The position numbers and the translations under genes were made by a program. A DNA stretch of 64,000 nucleotides, taken from positions 1,216,001-1,280,000 of the forward strand of contig CAWDEM010000008.1 of the NCBI GenBank assembly GCA_963801355.1, in the 5' to 3' direction. The stretch comes from Ignavibacteriota bacterium. GTDB lineage: Bacteria; Bacteroidota; Ignavibacteria; UBA10030; UBA6906. The notes below the pieces were generated by a model. That model searched no databases, was not told where the DNA came from, and saw only the letters and a list, made by a program, of their open reading frames with translations. The first letter of the stretch is position 1, and every line of letters begins with the position of its first letter. Shown here in pieces: positions 50,092 to 60,428 of this stretch.

Positions 50092-50793
50092 TCAGAATGC
50101 CGTATAGATGTAATACACGCCGGCCAGGATGACAAGTACCCCTGCAACCCGCTTCAGATATGTTGCACCCTTTGACTGTTCCGTCCATTTGAGATACTTC
50201 TGCACCGTTCCTGCAGCACCTCCGGCTCCCACAATCACAGCGCAGTGCCCCACTCCAAATGCGGCGACAAGAGAGAACGCCTGCAGCATGCTTGCCGTGG
50301 CCACACTGAAGGCTACGCCGAGCACCGGCGCCATATAGGCAAAGGTACAGGGACCCAGGCCGATTCCAAAAATGAGGCCTAACAAGAGGGCCCCTTTCCA
50401 GCCTCGAGCAAACGACGTCCGGGGGACGATCCCACCCCACGGCAGATTAATCACATCCATGAGGTAAAGGCCCACGACAAAGAACACACCGGCGACAATG
50501 AAGTTGCCCCACATCCCGACGTCACCCATCATCCTGCCAATGGATGCGGTGATCGCTCCAATCAATCCGATGGTGATGAGAATCCCGATCGCGAACACGA
50601 AAGAGAGCAGGTATGATCGTTTCACTCCTTCCTGTCCCTGACTGCTGATATAACCGATAACCAGCGGAATGCTTGAGAGATGACAAGGGCTGAGAATAAT
50701 GCTGAGAACGCCCCATCCAACTGCAGCAAGAAGAGCGATCCCGAATGTCTCGCTCATCGCCATCGTCAGCCACGTGAAGAGCTCATCGAGCAT
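50092..50793 (-). CDS. ccdA: CcdA/DsbD-family transmembrane electron transporter
   Basis: LSPCHLSSIP and GPCT motifs, about 6 TM segments. Confidence 0.85.
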   Translation of the reverse strand: MLDELFTWLTMAMSETFGIALLAAVGWGVLSIILSPCHLSSIPLVIGYISSQGQEGVKRSYLLSFVFAIGILITIGLIGAITASIGRMMGDVGMWGNFIVAGVFFVVGLYLMDVINLPWGGIVPRTSFARGWKGALLLGLIFGIGLGPCTFAYMAPVLGVAFSVATASMLQAFSLVAAFGVGHCAVIVGAGGAAGTVQKYLKWTEQSKGATYLKRVAGVLVILAGVYYIYTAF

Positions 50794-50796
50794 GGC

Positions 50797-51216
50797 TCAA
50801 CCCCCGACGCGGATTTGCAGGCCGCGCTTCTGGAGAAGTTTGTCGATTTCTGCCTCAGGGAAGAATCCCTCATGCCGGAAGAACTCCTTGCCGTCCTTAC
50901 CAAGGAAAACTTGCGTCGGAATGACTCGTATGCCGTACTTTTCCGCATACTGCCGTTGATCGGGCTGCCACACATCGTAGAACACCACATTGACCTGCTT
51001 TCCATACTTCTCCCCGATGGCCTTCATGACCGGCTGCATCTGTCGGCAGGGGATGCATTTGACCGATCCTAACTCGACAAATGTCACGAGTGGCGGTGCA
51101 TCTTTGACCGCATTGTTTGACTGGGTACTGCTCTCTCTCGATTGAGCCAACATACTTGCCACAGCCAGAACGCTCACGGCAACCATGAACACGAGAACTC
51201 GATTATGCTGGTGCAT
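50797..51216 (-). CDS. Exported thioredoxin-family protein (paralogue of 43813)
   Basis: Signal peptide; ELGSVKCIPC, IPTQVF, RHEGFF. Confidence 0.88.
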   Translation of the reverse strand: MHQHNRVLVFMVAVSVLAVASMLAQSRESSTQSNNAVKDAPPLVTFVELGSVKCIPCRQMQPVMKAIGEKYGKQVNVVFYDVWQPDQRQYAEKYGIRVIPTQVFLGKDGKEFFRHEGFFPEAEIDKLLQKRGLQIRVGG

Positions 51217-51457
51217 TGCTCTGTTCCTTCAGCCATTGTAAGAGTTGTGAATCTTTGGGTATAGTTCCGACGCTCTTCAGTTCGCCGTCGATAACCAGTC
51301 CGGGTGTCATCATGATCCCATAGGAGATGATCTCATCGAGATCGGTGATCTTGATGAGATCAAAGTCAAGCCCGTGCGCGACCTTCAATGCCAACAGTCG
51401 TTGTTCGAGCACCTTGCACTTTGAACAGCCTGATCCGAGCACCTTGATGGTCTTCAT
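51203..51457 (-). CDS. Small redox-active disulfide protein (MTH895-type thioredoxin)
   Basis: IKVLGSGCSKC, YGIMMTPGLVIDG. Confidence 0.88.
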   Translation of the reverse strand: MKTIKVLGSGCSKCKVLEQRLLALKVAHGLDFDLIKITDLDEIISYGIMMTPGLVIDGELKSVGTIPKDSQLLQWLKEQSNAPA

Positions 51458-51468
51458 GGCATTGTCGC

Positions 51469-52587
51469 TTATAACAATTCGCCGAACAACCACCCGGCGA
51501 CCACCGAGAGCACCATGATTGTGAGAATGTAGGCGGGCGCTTGCTTTTTCCCCATGACATTGAACAGCACGATCATACTTGGGAGACTGAGAGCATTACC
51601 CGTAAGAAACAGTGTGAGTGCCGGACCACGTCCCATGCCAAGCCCCATCAGTTTCTGTATGATCGGGACTTCGGTGAGAGTGGCGAAATACATGAATGCA
51701 CCGAACGTCGAAGCAATGGCGTTGGAGAGGATGGTATTCTGCCCCACGAGGCCCGTCACGACTTCCTGTGGGACCACCACTTCGATAATGCCTGCGATAA
51801 ATACCCCAACAAAGAGATACGGCAAAATCTTTTTCGTCAAATCCCACGTCTCGCGCAGCCATTCGAGGTTGTGTTCTTTCTGAAACTTGAAGAACACAAT
51901 ACCCAGGATCATCGCAACCATGACAACAATCAGAACAGCCTTGAGTATCGGGGCAATCGACAAGCCGAAGACCACGAGGACCGCAAGTTGAAGCAAGAAG
52001 AAGAGAAGGATCGTGAAGTTCGAGTAGGGCACATCTCCGGGCATTCCCGCGGCAAATGTGCCGTTCGCATTGTTTCTGTCATGGTCGCGAAAAAGGAATG
52101 CCATGAAGAGTCCTGCGATCACCGAGATCACCATTGCAGCGATAAGCCGGCCTACCGCGAAATCCCACCCAAGGACACTGCCCGTCAGAAGGATCGCCGT
52201 GATATTGATCGCGGGTCCCGTAAACAGAAAGGCAACTGCAGGGCCAATACCCGCCCCTCGCTTGTAGATACCTGTAAAGAGTGGAAGGATGGTGCAGGAG
52301 CAAACGGCCAGAATTCCACCTGAGACACTGGCAATCGGATAGGCAATGTACTTCTTGGTGGTCGGTCCGAGAAGCCGCAACACAGCGTCTTTCTTTACGT
52401 ACACGGCGATAGTGCCGGCAATAAAGAACGCCGGCACGAGACAGGTCAGCACGTGCAGGCGTGCGTATTCGTGCAGTAGAGCCAGCCCCGCCGAGATCGA
52501 CTGCAGGACAATAGGTGAATCAATGGGAGCAAAATAGAAGATTGCAAATGCGACCGCAAGCAGTACAAACTTCAGCCACTCTTTCAT
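51469..52587 (-). CDS. ArsP/DUF318-family permease
   Basis: CLVPAFFIAG, LAVCSCTILPLF, FLFTGPAIN, MYFATLTEVP. Confidence 0.85.
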   Translation of the reverse strand: MKEWLKFVLLAVAFAIFYFAPIDSPIVLQSISAGLALLHEYARLHVLTCLVPAFFIAGTIAVYVKKDAVLRLLGPTTKKYIAYPIASVSGGILAVCSCTILPLFTGIYKRGAGIGPAVAFLFTGPAINITAILLTGSVLGWDFAVGRLIAAMVISVIAGLFMAFLFRDHDRNNANGTFAAGMPGDVPYSNFTILLFFLLQLAVLVVFGLSIAPILKAVLIVVMVAMILGIVFFKFQKEHNLEWLRETWDLTKKILPYLFVGVFIAGIIEVVVPQEVVTGLVGQNTILSNAIASTFGAFMYFATLTEVPIIQKLMGLGMGRGPALTLFLTGNALSLPSMIVLFNVMGKKQAPAYILTIMVLSVVAGWLFGELL

Positions 52588-52835
52588 TCGTTCACCTGCA
52601 TGTTGGCCGCTACCAGCTCTTTGACTTTCTCCACTGTCGGCACGCCCCCTTGCCATACCAATTTCTCGTCGATGACCAAGCCCGGTGTTCGCATCACCCC
52701 GTATGAAGCCATACCGTTGAGGTCGGTCACCTTTTCCACGCTGGCCTGAACATTGAGTTGAGCGAGCGCATCAAGTGTGCGCCGCTCCAGTGTGCGGCAG
52801 TTTGAACAGCCGGGTCCAAGTACTTTGATTGTCAT
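52584..52835 (-). CDS. Small redox-active disulfide protein (MTH895-type thioredoxin)
   Basis: IKVLGPGCSNC, YGVMRTPGLVIDE. Confidence 0.88.
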   Translation of the reverse strand: MTIKVLGPGCSNCRTLERRTLDALAQLNVQASVEKVTDLNGMASYGVMRTPGLVIDEKLVWQGGVPTVEKVKELVAANMQVNE

Positions 52836-52853
52836 GGGAAATTCGTCCTTTTG

Positions 52854-53186
52854 TTATGCTTCCTGTAATGCTTCTGCCTTCTTTGCGAAATCCTGTCGTG
52901 CAATGGCCGCAACGATGTCGAGCAGTTCAAAGATACGGACGTCCGCGACCTTGAAGTTGACACGCAATCCTTCCTTCCAGGAGAGCAGAATGCCCGCCTG
53001 GACAAGAATTTTCAGGTGGCGCGAGAGATTGGATTGTTCAAGTCCGAGGACTGGAGCGATTTCGCAGTTGCACTGAGAGCCGTTGCGGAGGGATTCCAGA
53101 ATTCGGACCCTGTTTGGATGTGCCAGTGCTTCAAGGATCTCGCTTTTCAACTCTGCGGCAGTGGTCTCCATCGGATGAGACTCCAT
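52854..53186 (-). CDS. ArsR/SmtB-family regulator
   Basis: ALAHPNRVRIL, CNCE, QSNLSRHL. Confidence 0.88.
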   Translation of the reverse strand: MESHPMETTAAELKSEILEALAHPNRVRILESLRNGSQCNCEIAPVLGLEQSNLSRHLKILVQAGILLSWKEGLRVNFKVADVRIFELLDIVAAIARQDFAKKAEALQEA

Positions 53187-53197
53187 GATTAATTTAT

Positions 53198-53219
53198 TAT
53201 ATGAGCATGTATGCATATA
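53198..53219. promoter_or_regulatory. Putative ArsR operator
   Basis: TATATG-N10-CATATA inverted repeat immediately upstream of the arsR start. Confidence 0.55.
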
Positions 53220-53340
53220 GTGTGCCACACAATTTCGCCCGAAACGACCCTAAAAAAAAGGCCCCTCAAGGGATGGTACTTCTCAAGAACTGGAAAGAGG
53301 TTACCAGATTCGAAAAATGCCTGGCAGCAGCAAATCTCCC

Positions 53341-54393
53341 TTATGCGGTTTCACCGGCAAGGAATCTTCTCTTGAAGCGAAGCGCCACGTTCACGAGCAA
53401 TATCAGTACCGGCACCTCCACCAAAGGGCCGATGACAGTTGCGAATGCGGCTTGAGAGTTTATCCCGAACACGGCGACAGCCACTGCAATGGCCAGCTCG
53501 AAGTCGTTACTCCCGGCCGTGAAAGAAACGGTTGTCGTCTTTTCATAGCTATATCCCATTCTCTTTGCAACAAAGAAGGTAACGAAGAACATACCGGCGA
53601 AGTAGAACAAGTACGGAATGGCCACTCGGACGACATCAAGGGGCAGCTCGACTATTTTTTCGCCTTTGAGCGAAAACATAACAAAGATGGTGAAGAGTAG
53701 CGCAATTGGTGTGAGTATAGAGATCTTTGGAACGAATATCTTGTGATACCACTCCTTGTCCCTCGCTTTAATTAGTGTCGCACGGGTAATCATTCCTCCG
53801 AAGAATGGTATGCCGAGATAAATGAGCACAGTAATTGCGATTTCCCGTATAGAAATTTCTACTAGGGCTCCCTTGAATCCGAATAGCGGAGGAAGGACCG
53901 TTATGAACACATACGCATACACTGAATAGAGAAACACCTGAAAAATCGCATTGAAGGCAACGAGACCCGCTGCGAGTTCCGAATCGCCTTTTGCCAGGTC
54001 GTTCCACACCAAGACCATTGCAATACAGCGGGCAAGTCCCACCAAAATGACACCTATCATCATCTCTGGTTTATCCGGCAAGAAGATCATTGCCAGGAAA
54101 AACATTACCAGCGGCCCGACAATCCAATTTTGCACTAATGATAGTGAAAGCAGCTTTACATTCTTAAAAACGACCGGAAGCTCTTCATATCTCACCTTCG
54201 CAAGGGGGGGATACATCATCAAAATCAATCCGACTGCAATTGGAATGTTGGTTGTCCCAGAACTCAGCGAATCCCAAAAACCGGCAATGCCCGGAAAGAC
54301 TGATCCGGCAGCCACACCTAAGAACATGGTGGCAAAGATCCATAGCGTCAAATACCTGTCAAAAAATGACAATTCCTTTGATACTTTTGCCAT
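53341..54393 (-). CDS. acr3: Acr3-family arsenite efflux transporter
   Basis: [54 protein letters not shown]. Confidence 0.95.
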   Translation of the reverse strand: MAKVSKELSFFDRYLTLWIFATMFLGVAAGSVFPGIAGFWDSLSSGTTNIPIAVGLILMMYPPLAKVRYEELPVVFKNVKLLSLSLVQNWIVGPLVMFFLAMIFLPDKPEMMIGVILVGLARCIAMVLVWNDLAKGDSELAAGLVAFNAIFQVFLYSVYAYVFITVLPPLFGFKGALVEISIREIAITVLIYLGIPFFGGMITRATLIKARDKEWYHKIFVPKISILTPIALLFTIFVMFSLKGEKIVELPLDVVRVAIPYLFYFAGMFFVTFFVAKRMGYSYEKTTTVSFTAGSNDFELAIAVAVAVFGINSQAAFATVIGPLVEVPVLILLVNVALRFKRRFLAGETA

Positions 54394-54403
54394 AGTGTCA
54401 CCT

Positions 54404-54832
54404 TCACGTCGTTGTTCGAATGTCCGTATAGAAGGAGTGCATGTCTCGTTCTATTTCATCCCGCACCTTTCTGAAGACAGAAAGGATCTCTTCATCCGTT
54501 CCGGTCGCATCTGCCGGGTCTTCAAACCCAATGTGCAATCGCTTTCCCACTTTACCCATAAACACCGGGCAGGTTTCCTGCGCATTATCGCACACGGTAA
54601 TGACATAGTCAAATGAATCACGTACGAATTGGTCCACCATTTTCGGATGGTGTCCCGAAAGATCAATGCCGACTTCCTTCATCACTTGAATTGCTTTGGG
54701 GTGGACTTGCTTTGAAGGATTTGTGCCCGCCGAATACACTTCCAAATCGGAATCAAAAGACTTCACAAACCCTTCTGCCATCTGACTCCGGCACGAGTTA
54801 CCCGTGCAGAGAATGAGAATCTTCCCCTTCAT
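54404..54832 (-). CDS. arsC: Thioredoxin-dependent arsenate reductase
   Basis: [24 protein letters not shown]. Confidence 0.93.
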   Translation of the reverse strand: MKGKILILCTGNSCRSQMAEGFVKSFDSDLEVYSAGTNPSKQVHPKAIQVMKEVGIDLSGHHPKMVDQFVRDSFDYVITVCDNAQETCPVFMGKVGKRLHIGFEDPADATGTDEEILSVFRKVRDEIERDMHSFYTDIRTTT

Positions 54833-54854
54833 TTCGTGTACCTGCAATAGTAGA

Positions 54855-56735
54855 TCATACAGTTGGCTCTTCTGCATAACTGTATGTTTCATTCTTGAAC
54901 AGCTCCCCAGCTGTACGTTTGACCATCGCAAGTCCCTTGATCTCCGTTTCCAGCAAGGGCATTACTGCCATGGGTAGGTGGAAGCGCGTTCTGATTTCCA
55001 TGAGGTATTTTGCCTGCATTGCCTGTCGGCGAGCGAAGTACTCGTTCGTGCAGTATTCGGCTGATAGGACCTGATTTGCCACAACGAACTGGGTTGGAAT
55101 TCCCGCAGCCTTCAAATCGAGCATTGCACGGTATGCCTCCACCACCGGCGTCGATTCCGGATAAATGACGAAGGCAAATACTGAGCGCTCGGGGTCTTTC
55201 ATCCGTGCAATAATGCGATCGAATCGTTGCTGTGTCTCCGACTTTGCTGTGGCGCTCCTGTCCGTTGTTGTCACCATCAAGCTGACTTGATCGCTGTAGT
55301 CAAACGGGAGTTCAAGCAGACGGAGGGTGTGTCCGGTAGGAGCCGTATCGAACACGACAACATCAAACTCCTCGCTCTCGACATAGTGCATAAACTTGTC
55401 GAAGGCCGCCATTTCTTCGGTGCAGGGAGACTCCAGTTCCTCCCGAATGGCTAGGAGCATGTCTGGCGAGTACTTTGACTGCGCGTCAGCAAGAATGCGC
55501 CGCTTATACTCTTCCGTCGCTTTTCGTTGATCGATGATCGTCGCAACAAGGTTCTTGACACCGTTCACCGGCTGGATGGTGTCCCCGACATGCTGCGAAA
55601 GCACTTCGCCAATATGTGAGGCTGGGTCAGTAGTCAGCAAGAGCGTTTTGTAACCCTCTGAGGCGAGCTGAACTGCTGCAGCACACGATATCGTTGTCTT
55701 ACCGACGCCTCCTTTGCCCGTGAAGAAAATAGCTTTTGTTAAGCCGTTGGGCCGCATGAGTTCAAGAATATTGTCGGCAACGAGGGGCGGCGGGGCTTTC
55801 GCAACATTTCCTGCCGAACGATGCAGACGATATGAATCGGCTCCTTCCGTAGGAGAGAATAGATCCCGCCCAATGTTACGGAGAGCATCGAACCCCTTGA
55901 TTTCACCGTCCCGCTGTAGCATGCGGCGTTGTGGTACCGGAAAGAGTGTCGTGATTTCTGCAAGATGCTTCTGTTGCATCTCGAACCGCTTCTTGAAGAA
56001 CGGATGTTCACAGACTTCCTTCGGAAGAATACCATTCACTATCAACTCAATCCTTTTGACGCCGATGGTTGTCAATTCCTCAGATGAGCGCTTTGTTTCA
56101 AAGAGCGACGTTGCTTCAGGTTGTAGTACAAAGATGAATGTGGTACGTTCCGGATCACCGAGGAGACGGGTCGCTTCATCGTATTTCACTTTGTTTTCCT
56201 GAATCGATGCTACAGGTCCGATGCAGGTGTTGCCGCCACCCTTGGCGCTCTCTTCGATGTGTTTGCTCCAATCCACAGGAAGCTCAAGCAAACGGATGGT
56301 GTGTCCCGTGGGAGCGGTATCGAAGATGACCACATCATAGCTTTCGCCTTTGCCTTCCTTTTCCGCAACCATGAAATCAACAAAGCGGTCGAACGAGGCG
56401 ATTTCCGTTGTGCAGGGAGAGTTGAATTGCTCCTCCAGCACCTTCATCACATCAATCGGCATCACCTCACGCATGGGAGCGAGGATGCGTTCCCGGTATT
56501 CCTGAGTAGATATGTCCGGATCGATTTCCATGCCCCAAAGGTTCGGAATACCGAGTGGGGTGATTTTGTGTCCGATTTCCGTTTCGAAAACATCGGCAAG
56601 ATTGGATGCGGGATCAGTTGTGATGATCAGCGTCTTCAGACCGTTCTCGGCATAATGCACTGCAGTCGCACAAGCCATCGTGGTCTTGCCTACGCCGCCT
56701 TTGCCTGAAAAAAACAAATAGCGTGTCTGTATCAT
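54855..56735 (-). CDS. arsA: Arsenical pump-driving ATPase (two domains)
   Basis: Two GKGGVGKTT, TDPAS, SPCT and DTAPTGH motifs. Confidence 0.92.
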   Translation of the reverse strand: MIQTRYLFFSGKGGVGKTTMACATAVHYAENGLKTLIITTDPASNLADVFETEIGHKITPLGIPNLWGMEIDPDISTQEYRERILAPMREVMPIDVMKVLEEQFNSPCTTEIASFDRFVDFMVAEKEGKGESYDVVIFDTAPTGHTIRLLELPVDWSKHIEESAKGGGNTCIGPVASIQENKVKYDEATRLLGDPERTTFIFVLQPEATSLFETKRSSEELTTIGVKRIELIVNGILPKEVCEHPFFKKRFEMQQKHLAEITTLFPVPQRRMLQRDGEIKGFDALRNIGRDLFSPTEGADSYRLHRSAGNVAKAPPPLVADNILELMRPNGLTKAIFFTGKGGVGKTTISCAAAVQLASEGYKTLLLTTDPASHIGEVLSQHVGDTIQPVNGVKNLVATIIDQRKATEEYKRRILADAQSKYSPDMLLAIREELESPCTEEMAAFDKFMHYVESEEFDVVVFDTAPTGHTLRLLELPFDYSDQVSLMVTTTDRSATAKSETQQRFDRIIARMKDPERSVFAFVIYPESTPVVEAYRAMLDLKAAGIPTQFVVANQVLSAEYCTNEYFARRQAMQAKYLMEIRTRFHLPMAVMPLLETEIKGLAMVKRTAGELFKNETYSYAEEPTV

Positions 56736-57076
56736 CTCACTCTCTCCTTGATTGCCAGTCTCAGTTCATCATAGGTCGGATAGGACTTTTGCTTGACAAT
56801 CTTCCCGTTGAGCATGGTGATCGGCAGAACCGAAACGCCTTCGCGTTTCAAGAGTGTGAGAACATCAGGGACCTGCATGAACTTCTGTCCCTGCTGGCTC
56901 AGTAGATAGCGCTCGACCTCCAGCGTACCCTCCAATTCTTTCTTGAGTTTCAGAATCGCTTCGTTGATATCAAGCAGGGCAGGATCAATGGCCGGACCAC
57001 ACATCCCACCCGGACAGCACATCGGCGGGTCGAAAATCTCAAGAGTCATAAGAGCGTTTGCCGTGTTCGTATTCAT
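56732..57076 (-). CDS. arsD: Arsenic metallochaperone
   Basis: EIFDPPMCCPGGMCGP, LPI..NG..YPT. Confidence 0.9.
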   Translation of the reverse strand: MNTNTANALMTLEIFDPPMCCPGGMCGPAIDPALLDINEAILKLKKELEGTLEVERYLLSQQGQKFMQVPDVLTLLKREGVSVLPITMLNGKIVKQKSYPTYDELRLAIKERVR

Positions 57077-57257
57077 AAATCGTTCTCCATCCTATGTATT
57101 GAGTATTGACAGTCGTGGTCCACAGCCTGCCGTTTGTGCAGGAAGCCCAGCTCGCCGCGCAGTTTGAAGCGACAACCGATGAATTGGTGTTCAGTTGACA
57201 GCGTACCCATGATCACAAGCTTTCACATTCTCCAGTCGCCACCTGGAGTGCAGAAGC

Positions 57258-57920
57258 TCATAACGCACATACCTCCCCATCAACTATCTTCACAGATCGA
57301 TCGGACAATCTTGCCAAACTCGGGTCATGAGTGACGAGCACAATCGTCTTTCCTTCTCTATGCACTTCCTTAAGAACATCTATTACCTCCGAAGCTGTGA
57401 CAGGATCAAGGTTACCCGTGGGCTCGTCTGCCAGTATCAATTGCGGTTCCTTGATCAACGCCCTAGCCAAAGCAACACGCTGTTGTTGCCCAACGCTCAA
57501 TTCGCTCGGAAGATGTTCCAGACGATCCGATAGTTTCATTCCCTCCACAATGCGCAGAATGTCTTTACCGTTCCTTCCATTTCTCGCAGACAGATCCAAA
57601 GATATTCTCACATTATCATACACATTGAGATAGGGCAGCAAATTGAACGTTTGAAAAACAAAACCAATTGTCTTTCCTCGCCAATCGGCTCGTTTCGTTG
57701 AATTCCAGTCATAGATTGGTTCATTATTCCAGAACACTTTGCCAGACGTGGGAGAACTCATGCCGCCGAGCGCCAGGAGCAGCGTGCTCTTCCCAGAACC
57801 ACTCGGACCGATGATGCTCAAGAATTCACCTCTTTGTATTTCCAGAGAAATGTTTTTGAGCGCTTGGACGTCCTTGTGTCTGCCGGCAAAGACCTTACTC
57901 ATATTCTCGACTCGTATCAT
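57258..57920 (-). CDS. ABC transporter ATP-binding protein (LolD/MacB-type)
   Basis: GPSGSGKS, IGFVFQ, LSVGQQQR, ADEPTGNLD, VTHD. Confidence 0.92.
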   Translation of the reverse strand: MIRVENMSKVFAGRHKDVQALKNISLEIQRGEFLSIIGPSGSGKSTLLLALGGMSSPTSGKVFWNNEPIYDWNSTKRADWRGKTIGFVFQTFNLLPYLNVYDNVRISLDLSARNGRNGKDILRIVEGMKLSDRLEHLPSELSVGQQQRVALARALIKEPQLILADEPTGNLDPVTASEVIDVLKEVHREGKTIVLVTHDPSLARLSDRSVKIVDGEVCAL

Positions 57921-57924
57921 CAGG

Positions 57925-59142
57925 TCATTCCTCCTGCATAATAACATGGGGGTCGACTTTGGTCGCTCTGACGATAGGCCAGATGCTCGCCGTGAGAGAA
58001 ACGAGCACAGAGAGAACCAACCCGTACAGGGCCAACATCGGCATTGGCAAAACCGGAATCTCAGCCAGCCTGGGGCCCAAAACAACGGCTATTAATGTCC
58101 CCAAAATGTACCCCAGGACTCCGCCTGCAATACCGATGAAAAGAGACTTCAGCAAGAATAGTCTGACGATCCAACCCGGTCTTGCGCCCATGGCCATCAG
58201 AATGCCTATTTCACGACGACGTTCGTACACATTGGCAAACATGTAATTTGCGATGCTGGCGCCACCGATGACAACGATGATGATCAACAAAAGGAGAGAC
58301 AAATTGTTCATCATCTTGTTCGTGTTAATCTGCGTGCTGACGATTTGCGTGATCGTGACAACTTTGGCGTCTGGCAACAACTTGTTCAACTTCTGGATCA
58401 GACCCTTGGAAATCTCCGAACAGCAACCGACGATTTCAATGACATTCAACACCGCTTTGCGGTTGCTCAGTCCCTGGACGGTGTAGAGATGGGCGAAAAT
58501 TCTGTTGTCATCCACTGTGCCTGTCACTGGCAGGACCGCATCAACGACAAATGCTCGATTCAACAGGCGGAGCGAATCTCCTGACTGCAGCTTGAGCGTC
58601 TGTGCTATGTCACCTCCGACCAGAACGGCATCTTCCGCCAAATCATCGACCACGCGTTTTCGCACTTGCGTCTTCTTTGAATCGGTGAGACCCGGAATGT
58701 TGGGCACCGTGCCGCATCCCTCCGGCCTGGAGAAGACTCCTAATGTTCCTTGCCATGTCGCCTTGGATTTGAATTCGTTTTTCGGCAGAATCCCGGTCAA
58801 TACTGTCTGTTGCCCAGCCACTTCGACCGGGATGCTCAGCTTCGGAGACAAATTGTCGAGCCCCTGAATATCCGAATTGACGAGAACGTCTACATAATTT
58901 TCCGGTATCTCGTCCTCTTGAAAATCGGCACTGTAATAATCTTGGACTGTGGCCGATTTCGGCAAGATGAGGACGTTTGCCCCCAACGCGTCCAATTCCC
59001 TGGAAACAGCTTTTTCTGAGTAAACACTAATGTTTTTGATGCCCACAATAACTGCAATACCCAGAGTAATGGCGGTCAAACTGGACACCAATTGGTTGCT
59101 ACGTTGAAAGGTTTCTTTAAAGACTAATCTGTTAAGTTTCAT
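57925..59142 (-). CDS. ABC transporter permease (FtsX/MacB-type)
   Basis: LGANV, periplasmic domain containing GCC, ERRREIGILMAMGA, RATKVDP. Confidence 0.9.
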   Translation of the reverse strand: MKLNRLVFKETFQRSNQLVSSLTAITLGIAVIVGIKNISVYSEKAVSRELDALGANVLILPKSATVQDYYSADFQEDEIPENYVDVLVNSDIQGLDNLSPKLSIPVEVAGQQTVLTGILPKNEFKSKATWQGTLGVFSRPEGCGTVPNIPGLTDSKKTQVRKRVVDDLAEDAVLVGGDIAQTLKLQSGDSLRLLNRAFVVDAVLPVTGTVDDNRIFAHLYTVQGLSNRKAVLNVIEIVGCCSEISKGLIQKLNKLLPDAKVVTITQIVSTQINTNKMMNNLSLLLLIIIVVIGGASIANYMFANVYERRREIGILMAMGARPGWIVRLFLLKSLFIGIAGGVLGYILGTLIAVVLGPRLAEIPVLPMPMLALYGLVLSVLVSLTASIWPIVRATKVDPHVIMQEE

Positions 59143-59154
59143 GTGTCATCGTTC

Positions 59155-59997
59155 CTATTTGGGGCAGCAACCACCGCCGGAACATGAGACCAGACAGGTA
59201 ATCAGAGTGTCTTTGGTAATTTTTCCCGAATAGACACCGCCAATCTTCCCCGGGGGGACTATGACCACCGTGGCAGCTTCTTTCATATTCTGATCAACCC
59301 TGCATTGTGAAAGGAATTCTTTAATCTCATTGTCGTGAGGATCTTGTCGTATGATGTCCACATAACCCTTGAGACGTTCATCTTTGGACAATTCATAAGC
59401 CGCGGCTGACGCTTCAGTATTGAATTTTGTACCTTCGTCCTGCAGGGAAACCAACGCGACTTTCCCGGCCTGAACGGACTTTAGGATATTCATCACCAAT
59501 TTTGGCACTAGGCACTTTGAAAGTTGTTCATCTGTGACCTTTGCGGGAAATCCGCCTGTAACAGCACCATTTGGTGCAAACACGAGCAGGAGTGGGAGGG
59601 GGGCACCCTTAACGCCATACTTTTGAATCACATCTGATTCCTTGTTGTCGGTCGTCAGAGCCACATACGCTTTCATGGCTTTCGGCGACCTTTTTGAAAA
59701 TGCTCGCACGATCTGCTGCATTTCTTGAAAAGAATTATCCTTCTTTTCGTAGAATAGGATGGCCAGATAATCGCCGTTTTGCTGTGCCTCTGCAATTGCT
59801 TTACTCGCCGATACGAGAGCAACGCGTGTCTCCGAAGATGTTTTCGCTATGGCCTGCTTTTGCGTGTTCGACTGGATTGCGGCTTGCACTTGCGAATTTG
59901 CATCATCATTCTTCATACAGATCACAAGGATGAGAAGTACGAAGTGCATCCCTAATGTTCCGCGGTAATGTGGGTTCAAGAGATTCTTCATCACCAT
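59155..59997 (-). CDS. Exported thioredoxin-fold-like protein with Cys-rich tail
   Basis: AGGGAG RBS; N-terminal hydrophobic segment; APLPLLLVFAPNGAVTGGF; ends CLVSCSGGGCCPK. Confidence 0.65.
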   Translation of the reverse strand: MVMKNLLNPHYRGTLGMHFVLLILVICMKNDDANSQVQAAIQSNTQKQAIAKTSSETRVALVSASKAIAEAQQNGDYLAILFYEKKDNSFQEMQQIVRAFSKRSPKAMKAYVALTTDNKESDVIQKYGVKGAPLPLLLVFAPNGAVTGGFPAKVTDEQLSKCLVPKLVMNILKSVQAGKVALVSLQDEGTKFNTEASAAAYELSKDERLKGYVDIIRQDPHDNEIKEFLSQCRVDQNMKEAATVVIVPPGKIGGVYSGKITKDTLITCLVSCSGGGCCPK

Positions 59998-60044
59998 TTT
60001 CTCCCTTTTATGAGCATCCCTTGCCAAGGGAACGAAATGTTGTT

Positions 60045-60383
60045 TTAGCAGCACGTATTCTGATTGACTTCTTTCTCCATCTCGAGAACGAACTTCCCTA
60101 CTATCTGCGACAAACGATGAATTGCTTCTCTGTTGACCGCATAACACGACATAGGGCCTTGTTGCGTACGCGTGACCAACTTTGAAGTGACCAGGACTGC
60201 CAGGTGTTGTGACACTGTGGCCTGTGCAAGAGGAAGCTCTTTGACAAAATCTCCGCAGCTGCACCCCTTGACGCTGGCAAGTTTCTTGAGGATTGTCACC
60301 CTGACAGGATGCGAAAGGCTCTTCGCGAGTGACGCCAGCTCCCTAACAGAGCCGTCAACAAGTTGATCTTTGTGATGCTCCAT
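60045..60383 (-). CDS. ArsR-family regulator
   Basis: SLSHPVR, CSCGD, LPLAQATVSQHL; C-terminal CC. Confidence 0.88.
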   Translation of the reverse strand: MEHHKDQLVDGSVRELASLAKSLSHPVRVTILKKLASVKGCSCGDFVKELPLAQATVSQHLAVLVTSKLVTRTQQGPMSCYAVNREAIHRLSQIVGKFVLEMEKEVNQNTCC

Positions 60384-60428
60384 GTTTCTGCATCCTTTCG
60401 GCTGCGCCCATCATCTGGCTAGCGCCCG

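Noticed and set aside
53251-53272. Intrinsic terminator after acr3 (CCCTTGAGGGG + T-run on the minus strand)
   Set aside because: The stem is only 3-4 bp. Plausible, but too weak to call.
57073-57210. 45-aa minus-strand ORF overlapping the arsD start (MGTLSTEHQF...)
   Set aside because: Too short, with no recognisable motif, so it cannot be supported.
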